Source: Octopus sinensis (lineage: Eukaryota). From it: a DNA stretch of 21,237 nt. Position 1 is the stretch's first letter; each line of letters starts with the position of its first letter. Shown here one piece after another: positions 18,776-21,237 of the stretch. The notes beneath the pieces are model-generated. The model was not told the DNA's origin, did no database searches, and saw only the letters and a program-made list of their open reading frames with translations. Position numbers and translations under genes: made by a program. The stretch spans positions 1-21,237 of the forward strand of contig NW_021823993.1 of NCBI RefSeq assembly GCF_006345805.1, written 5' to 3'.

Positions 18776-19040
18776 GTTGTTTCTTCTCTTGTTGAGAGTC
18801 CATATTTTCTCACAATCTTCCTGCCTTTCCTTGATCTTACACCATTTCCAGAGATTAGCTCAGTTAACATTGACATCTCCCTTCGCAATGATTCAATCTC
18901 AGTTTCAATTCTACTCCTCCACTTGGATTTTCTTTTCGAATTTGGTATTGTTGGCTTTTTGGGTGTTAAACAGCGTCTTTCGATTACCTTGGCAACAGAA
19001 GTAAATAATTTCATTTAACTAATTAAGATCGGGTTTTAGT
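18776..19040 (-). pseudogene. Isolated pre-RT (N-terminal) ORF fragment of an R4/Dong-type LINE
   Basis: LNEIIY/..VAKVI..KSKWRSRIETEIESLRREMSMLTEL..GRKIVRKY resembles the pre-RT W-K-R-R-I-E..I..LR.ELS.L.E block I recall for R4/Dong ORFs. No RT or 3' end is attached. Confidence 0.55.
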
Positions 19041-19074
19041 TGTTGTATGATTTCTTGTGTAACGCAGTTGCTAA

Positions 19075-19218
19075 TCTTCTTCTTCTTCTTCTTCTTCTTC
19101 TTCTTCTTCTTCTTCTTCTTCTTCTTCTTCTTCTTCTTCTTCTTCTTCTTCTTCTTCTTCTTCTTCTTCTTCTTCTTCTTCGCTTGCTTCTTTCTATTAT
19201 TATTATTATTATTATTAT
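19075..19218. repeat. (CTT)n (~35 units) followed by (ATT)n
   Basis: Direct inspection; the (ATT)n part is the LINE's (AAT)n tail/target on the minus strand. Confidence 0.97.
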
Positions 19219-20361
19219 CATAGACGTCACACAGTATACAGTATTGTGAGGTTGCTGATTGAAGATATTGTATTTACCGGGGGTTTGCACTGTTTGTCAA
19301 GTCACAACAAGGACCTCAGACAGACAGTACTTTATGGAATATGCGTGTAGTTCCAAGTAATGCCAACTTCTGCAATATATCTAGATTGTAGGGTATTTCT
19401 AAGGTTTTCTGATGCTTGTTTTTTAGATTGGGTGTTATTGAACCCAATGCTCCGATGACAATAGGGACAACCTTTATGTTCGACTCTCGCAGCTGCCTCA
19501 TCTTAGCGATCTCAATTCTCAGGTCTCCATATTTATCAACTTTTTATCTTTCTTTCATAATGATATGGTGATCTTCTGGCACTGCCACGTCGATTATTAG
19601 GCACTCATGTTTGTTCTTCCTAAAGGTTACTATATCCGGCCTTCAGTGCTCTAACACCTTGTCTTTCTGCAAATCAAAGCCCCAGAAGATTTTTGGCATC
19701 CCTTTTTCTTCCATTACCTTTTCCGGTGTATGTGGGTACCAAGCACCCGTAACCTCATATCCATGCTAACGGCATAGTAGCCAGTGGAGGTTTGGGGCTA
19801 CTTTTCGTGTCTACGCTTCTACTCTTTCTGCGCAAGGCTTTCACAAGCACTAACAATGTGAGTCACACTTTCGACCCTCTTCCCACACATTCTGTACAAG
19901 TCCGATGCACTTGTGTGGTATATATTCTTTTTCACTGAGTTGGTATTCAATGCCTGGACCTGAGCAGCGATGATTAGACTTTCAGTATTCCTTTTGGGGT
20001 CACCTTCCTGGAGCCACCTCCATGATGCTCGCTGGTCTTTTAATTTGATGGTTTCACGGTGGAACTCACCATGTAATTCCACACGGAGTAGGGTTTCTTC
20101 TCTCTCGTTGGCTGTTCTTCTTCGGAATTCATGAGCACTCTCAAGTCCATTTTTGGTAAATTCTTCTGCATTAGCAGCATACTGTAGCAGGTCTTCTTTG
20201 CTCTTTACCAAATATTCTGCCATGTTTCTTCTTTCACTGTTTATGCACTCCCATACGCTTATCAGCCCACGTCCACCCTTACCTCTCTTCATGTAGATCC
20301 TGTGTACACTTGCCTTAGTGTAGAAGGTACCATGCACTGTCATTGTCTTTCGGGTATGCAC
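19219..20361 (-). mobile_element. 5'-truncated, pseudogenised R4/Dong-clade non-LTR retrotransposon (thumb, zinc knuckle, restriction-like endonuclease, 3' UTR)
   Basis: Motifs: RIYMKRGKGGRGL, LHGEF, SWRWLQEGD, ESLIIAAQVQALNT, YRMC..VTHIVSAC (CCHC with first C to Y), RPDIV..CLIIDVAVPED..KVDKYGDL and VVPIVIGALG..LQKLALLGT..KVL*. Premature TAG at 19819-19821, a 1-nt frameshift near 19801, three further stops, and an (AAT)n tail. Confidence 0.92.
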
Positions 20362-20395
<34 letters not shown>

Positions 20396-20480
20396 TTCTT
20401 CTTCTTCTTCTTCTTGTATTATTATTATTATTATATTATTATTATTTGTAGTAGTAGTAGTAGTAGTAGTAGTAATAGTA
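20362..20480. repeat. Compound (CAT)n(CTT)n(ATT)n(GTA)n array at the LINE 5' junction
   Basis: Direct inspection. Confidence 0.95.
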
Positions 20481-20654
20481 GTATTTCATCATGTACAAAA
20501 TAAAAGAATTTAATTTTCAGAGTCCGCCACCAATGCGACGAACACCAACAGAAATACCACCACCGCCGTCGCCGCCACCACTAACACGAGACAACATTCA
20601 CGACCATCTCCACGTTTTGTCATTATTTCTAGTTTTAGCTGAATAACGTCACAA

Positions 20655-21043
20655 GGGAATCATCATCATCATCACCACAATCACCATCATCGTCATTATT
20701 ATCATCACGAATACCGTCGTCATCGTCATCATCAATAAGAAACGACAGCAACAGCAATACAACCACCGTCACTACTACCGCCACCACCACAACCACCACC
20801 ACCACCACCATCACCCCCACCACCACTACCGTCACCACCACCACCATCACCACCACCACCATCTACCGTCACCACCATCACCACCACCACCACCACCATC
20901 ACTACCACCACCACCACCACCACCACCACTACCACCACCACCACCACACCACCACCACAAGCAACAACAACATCAACAACAGCTACTTATGCAACATCAG
21001 CAACATCAGCAGCAACAGAAACGTCGACGACAAGGAGAAGAAT

Positions 21044-21077
<34 letters not shown>

Positions 21078-21096
21078 GTAGCAGCAGCAACAACAA
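20655..21096. repeat. Compound (CAT)/(CAC)/(CAA)/(CAG) trinucleotide field
   Basis: Direct inspection. Confidence 0.93.
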
Positions 21097-21237
21097 TGGG
21101 AACTTAAACCTGAAAGAGCCATGAATAGTTGTATGATTGCTTCAACAATGGCCACCAGAATTGCCAGCGGATGCGGCAGACATGACAGGTGTATTCTCCA
21201 CACAAAGGAGACAGAAAAAAAAGCGCTGGTTTGATAT

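Overview
Eukaryotic, AT-rich, microsatellite-saturated genomic DNA with no confidently callable host gene. The repeat families resemble those I recall from octopod cephalopods; that taxon call is inference, not a search result. Nearly all supplied ORFs are translations of (CA)n, (TA)n, (ATGY)n or trinucleotide arrays. Supported content: ten tRNA-headed SINE copies from about three modular families; one complete non-autonomous Helitron plus a fragment; a 5'-truncated, pseudogenised R4/Dong-type (RLE) LINE plus an out-of-order N-terminal fragment; a ~555-bp element embedded in (AAT)n; and a ~340-bp foldback. The most interesting signal is at least four sequence-unrelated type I hammerhead ribozyme (HHR) folds, three of the Penelope/retrozyme minimal type (786-869 +, 5886-5936 -, 10918-10974 -, 11776-11830 -). 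One lies in a tandem duplication whose other copy has had its CUGAAGA half inverted away, so the two defective copies could complement each other as a dimeric ribozyme. All alignments, folds and mismatch counts were done by eye.
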